From Octopus sinensis (taxonomy: Eukaryota): a DNA stretch of 64,000 bases. Where the stretch lies: positions 6,944,001 through 7,008,000 of the forward strand of contig NC_043005.1 of assembly GCF_006345805.1 (NCBI RefSeq). The letters are read 5' to 3'. The notes under the pieces are model-generated. The model did no database searches and was not told where the DNA came from. It worked only from the letters and a program-made list of their open reading frames with translations. The translations under genes were made by a program, and so were the position numbers. Below, piece by piece: positions 13,401 through 26,602 of this stretch (position 1 is its first letter; each line of letters starts with the position of its first letter).

Positions 13401-13814
13401 TAAATTGTAGAAGCAGTATTTTTTTTAATTGGGATTACTTTTTAAAAGTTATTAGTGTTCTGCACATATCTCCTTTGTGTATTTCATGTATTGACCTTTG
13501 TATGATTCAAGGAACCAAAAATCAGTTTTGAATAATATATAAATTTATGTTTGTATAGCTACCTGTCTACCTGCCTCTCTATCTGTCTGTCTATTTGCCT
13601 GTCTGTTTGTCTTTCTGTCTGCCTATCTGTCTGTTTGACTTTCTATCAATCCACCTATCTGTCTGTCTATCTGTCTATTTATCTATCCACCTGTCTGTTA
13701 GCTATTTATCTATAACATCAAAATATTTGGTTGGTTGATGGAACAAAAATCTGTGTAAATTCCAAATACAAAAATATGTAATAATTGTTAACAAAAAAGA
13801 TATTTCTTATTTCT

Positions 13815-14040
13815 TTGTTGCCCACAGGGGGCTAAACATAGAGGGGACAAACAAGGACAGACAAACAGATTAAGTCGATTACATAGATCCCAGTGCGTAA
13901 CTGGTACTTAATTTATCGACCCCAAAAGGATGAAAGGCAAAGTTGACCTCGGTGGAATTTGAACTCAGAACGTAATGGCAGACGAAATACCACTAAGCAT
14001 TTCGCCCGGCATGCTAACGTTTCTGCCAGCTCACCGCCTT
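13815..14040 (-). mobile_element. SINE family B with 18-bp TSD
   Basis: Flanks aacaaaaaagatatttct / aacaaaagagatatttct. Confidence 0.9.
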
Positions 14041-14384
14041 AACAAAAGAGATATTTCTACCAATGAATCAGTTCATATGTGTCTATGCAAGATTTATGCA
14101 CTAGAATGGTTAGATGCTTGCTGACACTGTCAATCCCTGACACAATCCAGTTTGGGTTTTAACAGTTATTTTCATGTCTGTACAAAGTAATTTCAGGTTC
14201 AATTCCTAAGCAATATTCCTACTAGATATCTATCGTCTGTACTTTGTATATGTGTGTGAAGAAAAAGTGACAAAAATCCTAAGCAGAAATTTGCTATATC
14301 ATATTAGGTTGTAATAGACATCTTTTTCTCTCTATCAAAACTAGAAACAACACATGTCTTGCTGACACAGACCATCACCAGTAT

Positions 14385-14735
14385 ATGAGTGGCTGTGTGG
14401 TAAGTAGCTTGTTTACCAACCACATGGTTCTGGGTTCAGTCCCACTGCGTGGCACCTTGGGCAAGTGTCTTCTACTATAGCCTTGTGAGTGGAAACTGAA
14501 AAAAGAAGCCCGTCGTATATATGTATATATATGCATGTTTGTTCCCCTAGCATTGCTTGACAACCAATGCTGGTGTGTTTATGTCCCCGTTACTTAGCGG
14601 TTCGGCAAAAGAGACCGATAGAATAAGTACTGGGCTTACAAAAGAATAAGTCCCGGGGTCGAGTTGCTCGATTAAAGGCAGTGCTCCAGCATGGCCGCAG
14701 TCAAATGACTGAAACAAGTAAAAGAGTAAAAGAGT
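14385..14735 (+). mobile_element. SINE family A with internal deletions
   Basis: Family A head and tail. Confidence 0.88.
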
Positions 14736-14769
14736 ATATATACATACATGCTATACCAGCAGTGAATGA

Positions 14770-16130
14770 TAAATTTCACCCTGTGCTTTCATACTGTCTC
14801 TGTAACAGATGAGATGTCTTTGTATAGCTCTTTGTTAGCTATGTGTTGATACCATGAGATGTTTAGAGCAACATGGGGCACTCTGCTGTATGAGTCATTT
14901 ATGATTTTCTTCATAGGAACTGCAAGTGTCCATATCATCGGACCATTAACTAAAATTGATTCAACCGTGACTCTGTAGAAGTTTATTTTAATTTTTGTGG
15001 AAAATTAGATTTCTGTATCTTATCCAAATAGTTAAGTGCTCACCATTCTTTACTAATCCTGATTTTCATATCACTCTTAGATTTAGAAATATGATGTCCA
15101 AAGTATTTGTAGTTCTCTTCACTTTTGATTTTTTTCTCCATTCAGAGGCTGTCAACTTTCAGTTCCATCGTGGTTGCAAGACATTCCATTTTTGCAGTAT
15201 TGATTTATCATTCAGTCTCACTGGCATTTTTCTTCAGAGCATGTGAGAGGATATTGGCATCTTTCATATGATCCCTGATTATTGCCAGATTAGTGACATA
15301 ATCTACATCTGTAATTTTCTTGGCAGGATATCTATCATAGTTTTTCTGTAAAAGAGTGAAATTGATGTGATTTTTTCGAGTTCAGTGACTTCCTTAATAC
15401 ATAATCAAAGCAAAAGCTGAAAAGGTATGGTGTGAAGGAATTGCCTTGTAGGACTCTGGCAGTAATCTGAAAGAAGTCTGTATTTTTATCAGCACAATGA
15501 ACTTTAGCTTTAATGTTCTTATATTGTATCATTCCTGACTGGCCTCGTGCCGGTGACACGTAAAAAGCACCATCCGTTCGTGCCCGTTGCCAGCCTCGCC
15601 TGGCCCCCGTGCCAGTGGCACATAAAAAGCACCATCCGTTCGTGGCCGTTTGCCAGCTCTGTCTGGCACCTGTGCGGGTGGCACGTAAAAAGCACCCACT
15701 ACACTCACGGAGTGGTTGGCATTAGGAAGGGCATCCAGCCATAGAAACACTGCCAGATTTGACTGGGCCTGATGAAGCCTTCTGGCTTCCCAGACCCCAG
15801 TAGAACCATCCAACCCATGCTAGCATGGAAAACGGACGCTAAACGATGATGATGATGATAGCATTCACAGTTTCTCCAGCCATGCCATAGGATAGTAATA
15901 TATCTTTCGTTTTCCTTCTTTGGATCAAATCAAAGACTTTTATGAAGTCTATAGAAAGTGGATAGTCAGGTTGATGAGACCTGCTACTGGTACCATGTAA
16001 ATCGGTACTACCTGTTTCATGGTTGGGTGATTGGTTACTAAACCGGCTCTCCCACATGAGTAGCTTGCTACTCTTGTGAAGTGGGTATTTTGACACCAGG
16101 CAGGACTAAAAACAAGATCTGTCAAAGGAC
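14770..16130 (-). mobile_element. RTE-clade LINE reverse transcriptase remnant
   Basis: DFIKVFDLIQRRKTKDILLSYGMAGETVNAI, YKNIKAKV...FQITARVLQGNSFTPYLF...DYVLRK, ALNISWYQHIANKELY; split by the insertion at 15530-15860. Confidence 0.8.
15530..15860 (+). mobile_element. RTE-LINE 3' end with minisatellite units
   Basis: gtgccggtgacacgtaaaaagcaccatccg units, then the tail ending acgatgatgatgat. Confidence 0.85.
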
Positions 16131-16849
16131 AAATGTGTTCCTTCATTGCCAAAACCCATACAGTTGGGAAAGGCAATGGTAAACCACCCTAATATCTTTA
16201 TTAAGATGAGAAAGTCAGAAGGAAATAAGACTATGGCTTCGTCTAATGAGAGAACTCATGTTTAATTGAGAAGAATTTCATTGTAGTGTTATCAACACAC
16301 TACAAAAGTTTATGTAATGATAGAAAGTAGAATTACTGGTACATTCTTCTTCTTCATACCTTCAATGATTCGCTTGATTTGTAAGTATTTGCCCTATCAT
16401 TGATCCATTTAATTGAAAGCCATTCTGATTCTTTGCTGTGACTAATGCCAGAGTTCTTTTCAAAAATTGTGGGATAGCATAATTATAGATGACAATATTG
16501 AAGGTATTCACATCATGGCAATGTTTTCTCATTAGCAAAACTATTTTATATGATAAAAATTTGGCTCAGTTTATTTCAATTTCAAACTCAATATTGCATT
16601 GAACAATAACAAACATCTTCTCTGCCTAACGTCTGTTTGTTACCTAGGATACAAAAATAGAAAATAATTCTTCTGTAGCTTGGAAAGATTGATACCTCTG
16701 TTGATCGCCCAGCATCTATCAATGCTAAACAACTACATCTACTGTTTGTCTAGTTAATACTAAAAAAGACAAGCATTGCTTTTTCTGGAGTAAATTCAAC
16801 CTTACTTTTTTGCTGTAAAAAAGAAATCTAGATGATAGTTATTTTCTTA

Positions 16850-17450
16850 AAATCTCAATGGCTAATGTATGCCTCCCTCTCAAACCGTGTTTGCCTGAAA
16901 TTCCATTACATGCTCAAACTGCTGTTTCCAGTGATATAATTTCAGGTATCCTTTCATAGTGTAATAAACCTGTCACTTTCTTATCCAGAACTCTTTCTTA
17001 CTTTGAATAAAATCATTCATCAATCAAAACAGGAGGCTATAGCTATTACAGCCGTTGGAATGCTTAACTCTTATAACTACTTATTTGTAGTTATAAATGA
17101 ATACTCAAGGATTCTTTTTTGTTTGAATGTTCACATATGATGCTTTCTACAGTTATTCAACATCTTTAAAATTTATGTCTGGAGATGTTTATACTTCTTT
17201 GGAGAACAAAAATATTGCTTAAAACAAACAACTCCACCCCCATCTACTGGAAGCAACTAAGTAGAGTGTTTAAATGGAATTCTACAGAGAACAATAATAC
17301 TTGCCCTTTGTTCAAGAAAGTTGGCAGAAAAGTGATGGAATAATATTTTAACCATTCTACTCTTTGCACTGCATTGAGCAGGCATTTCATGGACAACTAT
17401 TTAATTTTCTGTGGCACTTGTCAATGGAATAGATCTTACTTACTGAATGT
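16850..17450 (+). mobile_element. Highly decayed Ty3/Gypsy-like pol remnant (RNase H region)
   Basis: LHAQTAVSSDIISGILS*CNKPVTFLSRTLSYFE*NHSSIKQEAIAI resembles LxTDASxxGIGAVLSQ...PVAFASRTLxxxExNYSxxEKEALAI. Confidence 0.5.
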
Positions 17451-18092
17451 CTAAATCTGGAGAAGCTCTACTTAGACAGTTTAATCCTAGCAATTATTAT
17501 GATCCAGAGGTGAGGCATACTAAGCTAATTTGTGTTACTTATTACTATACTCATAATAACAAATACCCAGATAATCAAACTGATTCTATATCAATTGTTG
17601 ATATAACCTCCACTAGTAAGATCAAGCTAAGAAGAAAATTCTACTGAGGGGAGTGCCACTGGTAAATGTTTTTGAAGAAGCCAGCCCAAGTGAGTTCTGG
17701 GACTGATGATGAATGTTCCATTGAGGAATTCTGAAGTGACATACAAAGAAGTTGGGCTCAATAAGCATGAAAGCAGAGTGGTCCATAACGATTCCACCAC
17801 TCAGATTTCTTGTTTACTCAACAAAGAACCAGAAAGCACTGGAAAAATTCAATGTTTAAGGCATCGATGAATGCTACAAAATCATTATAGTTCCTCTATG
17901 GTTCAATTGCATCATGGTATACTTTAATTGAAGTTGGAACCAGTCATTTGCAATAAATATGGAAATGTTGCACTTATGCTCTGAAAACTGAAGTTGAATG
18001 TTTTAGATAAATAAAATGATTTGATTCTCAGTAACTGTTTTTTATAAACTGTTAGTAACTCATGTAGCATTTTTTAAAAACTTGAATGAATA

Positions 18093-18154
18093 AGATTCAT
18101 AAATCTTCAGCTGACAGACTGGTGTCAGGTTCTCAGCTGAAGATTTATGGATCT
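18093..18154. repeat. Short inverted repeat with CTGAAGA in each arm
   Basis: agattcataaatcttcagctga ... tcagctgaagatttatggatct. Confidence 0.7.
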
Positions 18155-19523
18155 CAGAAGGGAACTATGTTATAAGTAAAGTAAGGCTTTCTTTGGAACT
18201 ATTTGTTTGGTAGCAAAGAAAATAATTCCAAAGAGAAACAACTTTGTGGAGTACCACAATTCACAAAAAAATTTTGTTGCTCAGAGTTTTAATGTATTGA
18301 AATTTAGATATTCATTAACCCTTTAATCAGAAATAAACTCTTCACTGTTCCAGTGTAATTAGCAAAGTTCACTTTTACTGATTATTTCATTGAAACGAAT
18401 TTACATTTTAGTCGTTCCATTCAATTTTTCTTGGTTTATTAATGAAATATTTACAATCACATGATAAAATGAAAGAATGCTTCTCAGAGTTTTAGAAAAT
18501 CAATTAAGAAAGGTTTGTTGCAATTATACTAGAAAAAGTACATAAAAAAAATGTAAACAATAATAACCTTCTGCTTTTGTGAAACATATTTAAATATATA
18601 AATTTAAAGAAACAAAAATGTATAACTGCTGTTCATTAGCAATGTGGTTTGGTATTTTGTTTTTAAAACTAAGAGGGATTTTATCAGCTTTGAACTTTTA
18701 ATGCATTCGTTCCAAATCTCAATCCTTTTGCTTTCCTATTCTAGACATGCAAATCTCAATGAAACTTTGTGATCCAAGATTTATGACAGCAATGAAAATA
18801 TTGAGAAAAGGGAGAATCAAATAAAAACAAAGATACAAATCATTTTCAAAGTAACTTTTAGAACTAACGAAACATTTTATATTTTATTTATTTATTTATT
18901 TATTTGGCTCATTTAGCTCTAGTGTTTTCTTTTAAAATATTTGTTTATTTTGAATGCTATCTTTTTTTTTTCTTTTTTTGTATTTTTTTAGTCACTACAT
19001 TTGATCACTAGCTCAAAAAATATCAATACAGAGAGATCTGAAAGTGTTAATTGGACAATTTTAAATGTCCTAATAAACAGGTTCAAAAAATATTCTCATT
19101 TTCATTTACTCCATCTCTTCTACCATTTCCTGATGAACTAACATATATTTGAGCTGATTAACACTCATATATTTGACGTGACTTTTAACACCTCTGATGA
19201 TCTTTCAACTCTCATTTTTAATTTCAACTTTACATTTTCAGTTTTGCTATATTTATTTTATTTGCAAGGACTTAGTAATTTACAAAACATCTAAAAAGAC
19301 ACTTATTATGATAAATTATTTATTTAATCATTTAATAGATTATATATTTTAACTTTTTTTATGTTATCCTAAAGTAGAGATGATAAAATTTATATCAGTA
19401 AAACTGGAGAACATTTCGTGATTTGAGCTCCCATAATTATTTGTAATAAAGCTAAGATGAATCTGGAAGTTATTAAAGTTAAGAGAACTATGGAGACATA
19501 AACAGAAAAGAATTAAATGTAAG

Positions 19524-19990
19524 GTGTGTGTGTGCATGGTGTATGAGTATGTGTGGTGTATGTATGTATGTATGTATGCGGTGTGTGCGTGTGTGTATGT
19601 GTTTGTGCATGTGTGTGTTTGTGTGTGTGTGTGTGTGAGTATGTGTGGTGTATGTATGTATGTATGCAGTGTGTGCGTGTGTGTATGTGTTTGTGCATGT
19701 GTGTGTGTGTGCATGGTGTATGAGTATGTGTGGTGTATGTATGTATGTGGTGTGTGCGTGTGTGTATGTGTTTGTGCATATGTGTGTGTGTGTGTGTGTG
19801 TGCATGGTGCATGAGTATGTGTGGTGTATGTATGTATGCGGTGTGTGCGTGTGTGTGTGTTTGTGTGTGTTTGTGCATGTGTGTGTGTGTGTGTGTTTGT
19901 GTGTGTGTCTGTGTGTGTATGTGTTGTGTGTCTGTGTGTGTCTGTGTGTGTGTGTGCATGTGTGTGTGTGTGTGTGCACGTGTGTGCACT
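19524..19990. repeat. Compound (TG)n/(TATG)n repeat with a higher-order unit
   Basis: gcatggtgtatgagtatgtgtggtgtatgtatg recurs about 4 times. Confidence 0.9.
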
Positions 19991-20317
19991 CGCAAGAGAC
20001 TTTTATCTGAAAAATATCTGATCAATGGTATATTGAAAGACAAGATAAGAAAAATTCATTTTTAGAATTCTGGAGAAAACAACAACATAAATTATAGAAG
20101 TGATACTATCAAGTATGACTCGATACCTATCAACATTACCTACTACTATTTAAAAAAATATATAGGGGTAGATTGGAATGGATCCAATAAACATAAGTAG
20201 GAACATTTATTGTGTAATGTGAAAATTTGCAATTTAGTATTGAAAGTAACATTCGTTAAAAAACGTATTTGTGGGCATGTGGCATGTAATCATAAATGCT
20301 TGTATATATACCTGCAT

Positions 20318-20552
20318 TTAAGGCAGCGAGCTGGCAGAAACATTAGCGCGCCGGGTGAAAACCTTAGCTGTATTTCGTCTGTCGTTGCATTCTGAGTTCA
20401 AATTCCGCCGAGGTCGACTTTGCCTTTCATCCTTTCGGGGGTCGATAAATTAAGTACCGCTTTCACACTGGGGTCGATGTAATCGACTTAATCCCTTTGT
20501 CTGTCCTTGTTTGTCCCCTCTATGTTTAGCCCCTTGTGGGTAGTAAAGAAAT
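20318..20552 (+). mobile_element. SINE family B with 15-bp TSD
   Basis: Flanked on both sides by tatatatacctgcat. Confidence 0.92.
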
Positions 20553-21249
20553 ATATATACCTGCATCTTTTAATAAATGTTAAGTATGTAACATATAGAA
20601 GTTTTGACATAGAAATTTCCCAATATAGTTTCCCCAATGTACATTGCCTCCTTCATTTACTAATATATTTGATAACCATGATCAAATAGAATTTATAAAA
20701 TCATTTTTATCCCATTTCTAAAATTTCAAGCAATCTATGTGGAACTGACATAAGCTGGACAGGTCTGAAATACACCCCATGTTCTCTAGTCAAGAAGGGG
20801 ATATTTTCAGATATTATTTCACTACCTCTTCTTTTCTATGATGAATGATACATTTAACCTTCATCTCAAAGTATATTATCATCTACCATGTATTCACAAT
20901 TTACTATACATGAATAAACTAGCATAGTTACATATTCATCATACATTTTTACTTCTTCTCTTAAATAAAGTTGTGTCTGCCTACAAAAATCAGTAATCTA
21001 CCATCATCATCATCGTTTAACGTCCGTTTTCCATGCTAGCATGGGTTGGACGGATCAAGAAAACAATTTTAGGAACAATGAAGCATTTTTAGCTATAGCA
21101 AAGTAGCCCTTCAAAGAGTATGTTCATATGAAATATGAATGACAAAGAAACCCTGAATACCCTAAAGCAATTGATCTAGTGTTGGTTCCATAATATCCTT
21201 TATTTTTGTGGAAGAGGCCTAACATATTTCAGGATTGAACATCACTATC

Positions 21250-22000
21250 TAGCTCTTGGGTGTTTATTATGCCACAAGTATTCAGATCATCTCCAATCAT
21301 GTTCCATGGTTTCTTGATGATGTATTCTCTGAACTTGCTGTAGCAAAATATTCCATTTGTTGCCTTTGATTATCAAAAGGTACCAATAGAAAATGTATCC
21401 CTTAAAAAAAGAGGTTGTTTCCAGCTCGTACAGTTGTCCAACCCTTGGATACTACTTTTGGTGGCTGTACAATCACTTGACACATAACTCTGCATCTGCT
21501 TCTCCTCCAGTTTTTTACTGGTTCTCTTTGCCCAATCAATGTCACAGGCTTCCAGTTGGGTTAATGGCAACTCTTTCCTACCCTCATCAAAACACTAACT
21601 CCAAAATAAAATTTACCCCACTGACCACTTTCTACTAAGAAGGAAACCAAAAATCTTATTTCACTTGAGAAATGAATCTCTTCTCCAGTCACACTTTATA
21701 ATTCACATTCTTCTGAAATGTGGTGTCAATGTATGCGTCAAATCAACAACCACCATTCACTTCTCTTACCTTGTCATGCAGCAAAGACTTCTGGTTACTT
21801 TGGATTAAAATCATCCTTAATAAGTATCCCAAAATTCATCCTAACACCAGCAGTGGTTGTTTGACTATCTCACATTTTGTTTTGAAGGCATAAATTTCAC
21901 TTCATCTCTCTCAGAAATCATCGTCCTTGATGACTGCAACATGATAATGCATTTTTGTTCTTGTTCTTCTCTCACAACAATACTACTGGCACAAAAAGTC
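21250..22000 (-). mobile_element. Possible decayed Ty1/Copia RT-RNaseH remnant
   Basis: LEACDIDWAKRTSKK...CTSWKQPL loosely resembles LxGYSDADWA...RKSTSG...ISWxSKKQ; weak. Confidence 0.35.
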
Positions 22001-22632
22001 ACATTATTTGCCAAACGTCATAACCCTCACATGACTGAAATCCAAGACTTCAAAACTTCCAAGCGCCATTCTTAATCGGAAGGATTATCTGCGTGAAAAA
22101 GAGGTAAATTTTGGTTGCATAATGGTAACATTGATAAATTACAAACAAAAAAATAATTAATAAAGTGTCAATTAATAACTAAAAGAGCAACTAAACTTGA
22201 AATAAAAGAATTCATCTAACCATGACAGTAACATCTTTTGCATTTCTAAAGATCTGTTTTCAAGAGGTTAGTACTACCAGCATAATGTTAGCTAATCTCT
22301 CTAATCTGTTTAACTACTGTGCATCTTTTAATTCCTGGCTATATAAAGGTTGGTGGTATAACCAAATCTTTAAGTCAGGGGGAGCAAATGCATAATAAAA
22401 GGTGCCATAATCATTTTTATGACATGTTTTACAGAAAGTATAAAATTATTTTGTATTTAAAATGAAAACAATAAAAAAGTTTTACAGTAAACTCATAAAT
22501 TTCAAAGCATAATAAAACCTGTTTTATTTTAATTTTAAATGTAAAATGGAAGGCAAGCAAACTGAACAAGGGAATTAAAACATAGTGTTTTCTGAAATAA
22601 CGATTTACTAGGTTGAGAAAATAGTTTGTGCA

Positions 22633-23060
22633 CCATCATCATCATCATCATCATCATCGTTTAACATCCGTTTTCCGCACTAGCATGGGTTGGATGGTTC
22701 GACCGGGGTCTGGGAAGCCAGGGCCTGCACCAGGCTCCAGTCTGTTCTGGCAGAGTTTCTACAGCTGGATGCCCTTCCTAATGCCAACCACTCTGTGAGT
22801 GTAGCGGGTGCTTTTTACGTGCCACCTGCACAGGTGCCAGGGGGGTCCAGCATCGGTCACGATCGGTTGGAGCTTTTAACGTGCCACCAGCACTGGAGCC
22901 AGTCGAGGCAGTGCTGGCATCAGCCATGTTCGGACGGTGCTTTTTATGTGCCACCGGCACAGAAACCAGTCGGGGCGGCGCTGGCATTGGCCATGTTCAG
23001 ATGGTGCTTTTTATGTGCTACCGGCACAGAAGCCAGTCGAGTCGAGTCATGCACCATGTT
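22633..23060 (-). mobile_element. RTE-LINE 3' end with about 4 minisatellite units
   Basis: (CAT)n tail plus repeated ggtgctttttacgtgccacc units. Confidence 0.85.
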
Positions 23061-23126
23061 AAAATACTGAACTGAATGATTTTAACACGGCACACAAATT
23101 TTTTTTCTCAATCTTAATATTAACAG

Positions 23127-23607
23127 TAAGCAGTGTTTATGTATGAGCAGAATTAGATAAGTTGAAAAATGTTTGTCATATATTTCAACTGTTAAAAGGC
23201 AAATACATTGCAGTTACCATGGAGGGAAAATAAAATCTCCCTTATAGCAAAAAGGTGCAAAAACACCCAGTGTCACCATCTACTAGGAACCTTAGATATT
23301 GATGTTTCAAGCTTCTTGGCTATTTTCAATGAGATGTACCTATAAGATGTAGCTTTATAAGTCCACTTAGAGTTGCCTCTCTTAGGTACATCTCATTGAA
23401 AATAGCTAAGAAGCTTGAAACATCGATGTCTGAGATTCCTAATAGATGGTGACACTGGATGGACCAGGTGTTTTTATACCTTTTTACTATAAGGGAGATT
23501 TTTTTTCCCCTCCATGGTAACTGCAGTGTGTTTGCCTTTTAGCAGTTGAAAAATAAGACAAACATATTTCAACTTACCTAATTTTGCTCGTACATAAACA
23601 CTGCTTA
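23127..23607. mobile_element. About 480-bp fold-back element with a hammerhead-like motif in each arm (Penelope-type)
   Basis: taagcagtgtttatg... (23127) mirrors ...cataaacactgctta (23607); arms about 220 bp, central spacer about 23345-23381. Confidence 0.8.
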
Positions 23608-23845
23608 GCGCTAAAATTTTTTTATTTTCCTTCAACTGGGTTGAAACGATGTCCTGCTTCATCTTTTCGAAAATTATTAAAATTATCTTCAAGACCAGGC
23701 TGTCAAGGACCTCAAGCAGAGAGTGTATGAATTCAGGTGCTATGGTGGTACAGGTATTTCACAAAACAGGTACCAGATATTCCATATGATCATTAATGAT
23801 CATACATAGTTCCACTGTGTCATGTCTTCTAGGAGTTCTACTTAA

Positions 23846-24076
23846 TTCTTTATTGCCCACAAGAGGCTAAACGTAGAGGGGACAAACAAGGATAGACAAA
23901 GGGATTAAGTCGATTACATCGACCCCAGTGTGTAACTGGTACTTAATTTACTGACCCCAAAAGGATGAAAAGCAAAGTCGACCTCGGCGAAATTTGAACT
24001 CAGAACGTAACGGCAGACGAAATACCGCTAAGCATTTCGGCCGGCATGCTAATGATTTTGCCAGCTCGCCACCTTT
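23846..24076 (-). mobile_element. SINE family B with 16-bp TSD
   Basis: Flanked on both sides by ttctaggagttctact. Confidence 0.92.
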
Positions 24077-24854
24077 CTAGGAGTTCTACTCATACCACCT
24101 GTACAGCTACAGCAGCCAGGGGTGCTGTTACCAGCTCTTGGACTGAAAATAGGAACTACCAAGTCTTTTGATAGTTTCATTTCAAGAACAATCAGAACAG
24201 CCTGGGCACTGTCTCCAACTCCTATACTAAAAGTAGGGACCAAATGTTCAGAAGGTTTTATATCTGACATCATGTGATTGCAGAATGAAAAGTACCGACT
24301 CAGTCTAACAGTTTCATAATTCTTTTTCATGATTTGCAACTTCTTTTGTCTTCTTTCTGTCTCACCCAAGCAGTTTCTTCTTATTTTTTCATCAGGACAC
24401 ACCTTCTCAAAAACAAACAAATATCTATGACCGTATCAATATGTGACTAAAGTATATTATGGTAATTATGGCCAATCATCTTTGGTTCAACAGTGACTTT
24501 CACTTATCAATAAACGAACTGCCCAAATGCATGTTCAGCTTCATTTCTCTTACATTATGCAAAATATCTCATTAGCTATAATACATTTAATAAATATCGG
24601 TAAGCAAGAAAGACAGCAAGAGAAGCAATACAATCTTGTGTACAGTTGTCTATCAATGTGTGAAGACAACAGAAGGAAATGTATTGTGCACATGTAGGAG
24701 TCTGTCCATGTGATTTTGAGAAAGTGATAGTTGGGCAATGACATTCTGTTAATAATGATTTAATACTGAGGATAAACAATAGGAACAAAAGATGTTCAGT
24801 ATATTAAAAAAGAAATACAATTAATTGCAAGCAATAGAATATCTTACAGAATAT

Positions 24855-25026
24855 AGGCGCAGGAGTGGCTGTGTGGTAAGTAGCTTGCTAACCAACCACA
24901 TGGTTGCGGGTTCAGTTCCACTGCGTGGCATCTTGGGCAAGTGTCTTCTGCTATAGCCCCAGGCCGACCAATGCCTTGTGAGTGGATTTGGTAGACGGAA
25001 ACTGAAAGAAGCCTGTCGTATATATG

Positions 25027-25065
<39 letters not shown>

Positions 25066-25273
25066 CTGTGTTTGTGTGTCTGTGTTTGTCCCCCTAGCAT
25101 TGCTTGACAACCGATGCTGGTGTGTTTACGTCCCTGTCACTTAGCGGTTCGGCAAAAGAGACCGATAGAATAAGTACTGGGCTTACAAAGAATAAGTCCC
25201 AGGGTCGATTTGCTCGACTAAAGGCGGTGCTCCAGCATGGCCGCAGTCAAATGACTGAAACAAGTAAAAGAGT
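24855..25273 (+). mobile_element. SINE family A, near consensus
   Basis: ggcgcaggagtggctgtgtggtaag...aaacaagtaaaagag. Confidence 0.92.
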
Positions 25274-25599
25274 AATATAAACAATAAAAGCATTTGAACT
25301 CACATTGAGTTATACAGTATATGAAGAGTCTTTAGAATGAATTGAAAGTTTATAAATTTGTAAATACAATGAGTAAGCTAGAAATAGCAACAAAATCTGT
25401 ATTATATCAAACCATGGTATGTTCAGGTTGACTGTTGTTGGGAGGTCAGCATATTCTCTTTCTGTGAACAATGTCTCATTCAGCAAGTGCAGTGTTTGTT
25501 TGTTTATCTTTTGATTGCCAAGGCAGAATTTCTGATGAGTTTGCATGAATACAGAATCTGTTGAAGCTTCTTATCTCAGCTTGTGGTCAAAGCATATGA

Positions 25600-25927
25600 G
25601 GAGGGAATGAGAAAGAGAAAGAAAAACAATATGTGAAAGGGAGAGGTGAAAGAGAATGAGAGAGAGAGAGAGAGAGAGAGTGAGAATGAGTGAGTGAGAG
25701 AAAGGAATATGGGAGAGAGAGGAAGAGGGAGAGCTAGGGAGAGAGAAAGAGAGAGGGAGAGAGAAAGAGAGAGGGAGAGAGAAAGAGAGAGAGGGAGAGA
25801 GAGAAAGAGAGAGAGGGAGAGAGAGAAAGAGAGAGGGAGAGAGAGAAAGAGAGAAGAGAGAAAGAGAGGGAGAGAGAGAAAGAGAGAGGGAGTGAGAAAG
25901 AGAGAGGGAAAGAGAGAAAGAGAGAGG

Positions 25928-25958
<31 letters not shown>

Positions 25959-26095
25959 AGAGAGAAAGAGAGAGAAGGAGAGAGAGAGAGAGAAGAGAGA
26001 GAAGGAGAGAAAGAGAGAGAAGGAGAGAAAGAGAGAGAGGGAAAGGGAGAAAGAGAGAGGGAGAGAGAGAAGAGAGAGAGAGAGAGTGACACACA
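25600..26095. repeat. Polypurine (GA)n/(GAAA) compound repeat
   Basis: About 490 bp, almost purely G/A on the + strand. Confidence 0.95.
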
Positions 26096-26602
26096 GACAG
26101 GCAGAAAAGCATTTCTGTGACTGACCAACATCAATGGCATGAGGCCTGACAGCAGACCTGCTCTCCAAAGAAAACCATTTCTGATATCTTTATATAATAA
26201 AAGAGTAGAATAAGTGAAATGCTATGGGGTTAGTTACAAACTACAGTGGAATAATGAAAGTGTTTTGGCTGATTGGCCAGTAATCCTGACAAGTGTATCA
26301 GGTGATGATCATACCTTGGGCTAAACTGGTGCTGAAAGAGTGGACAAATGAGTAGTTTGAGGAAAGTGAAATGAGAGAAAAATACATTTTCTGCTTGGTG
26401 AACATATATTTGTTTTCTATTTTCACTAATTTTGTGTTTCAATAACAATGCCATTACATACAAAACTGAGATTATGGGTTGTGACATGAGAGAGATGCAT
26501 CTCTGTGGGGTCATCCAGAATCGAAGAGAAGATTATGACATCATATTTGATTCTCCAGATGTCAATGACCCGTATACCATTGCAGGAAATGGGGCAGATA
26601 GT

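Noticed and set aside
17700-17745. CTGATGA plus hairpin plus GAAG
   Set aside because: GAAA box altered and no stem I or III partner found.
24855-24930. tRNA-like sequence at SINE heads
   Set aside because: Only A/B-box-like remnants, no full cloverleaf; part of multi-copy SINEs.
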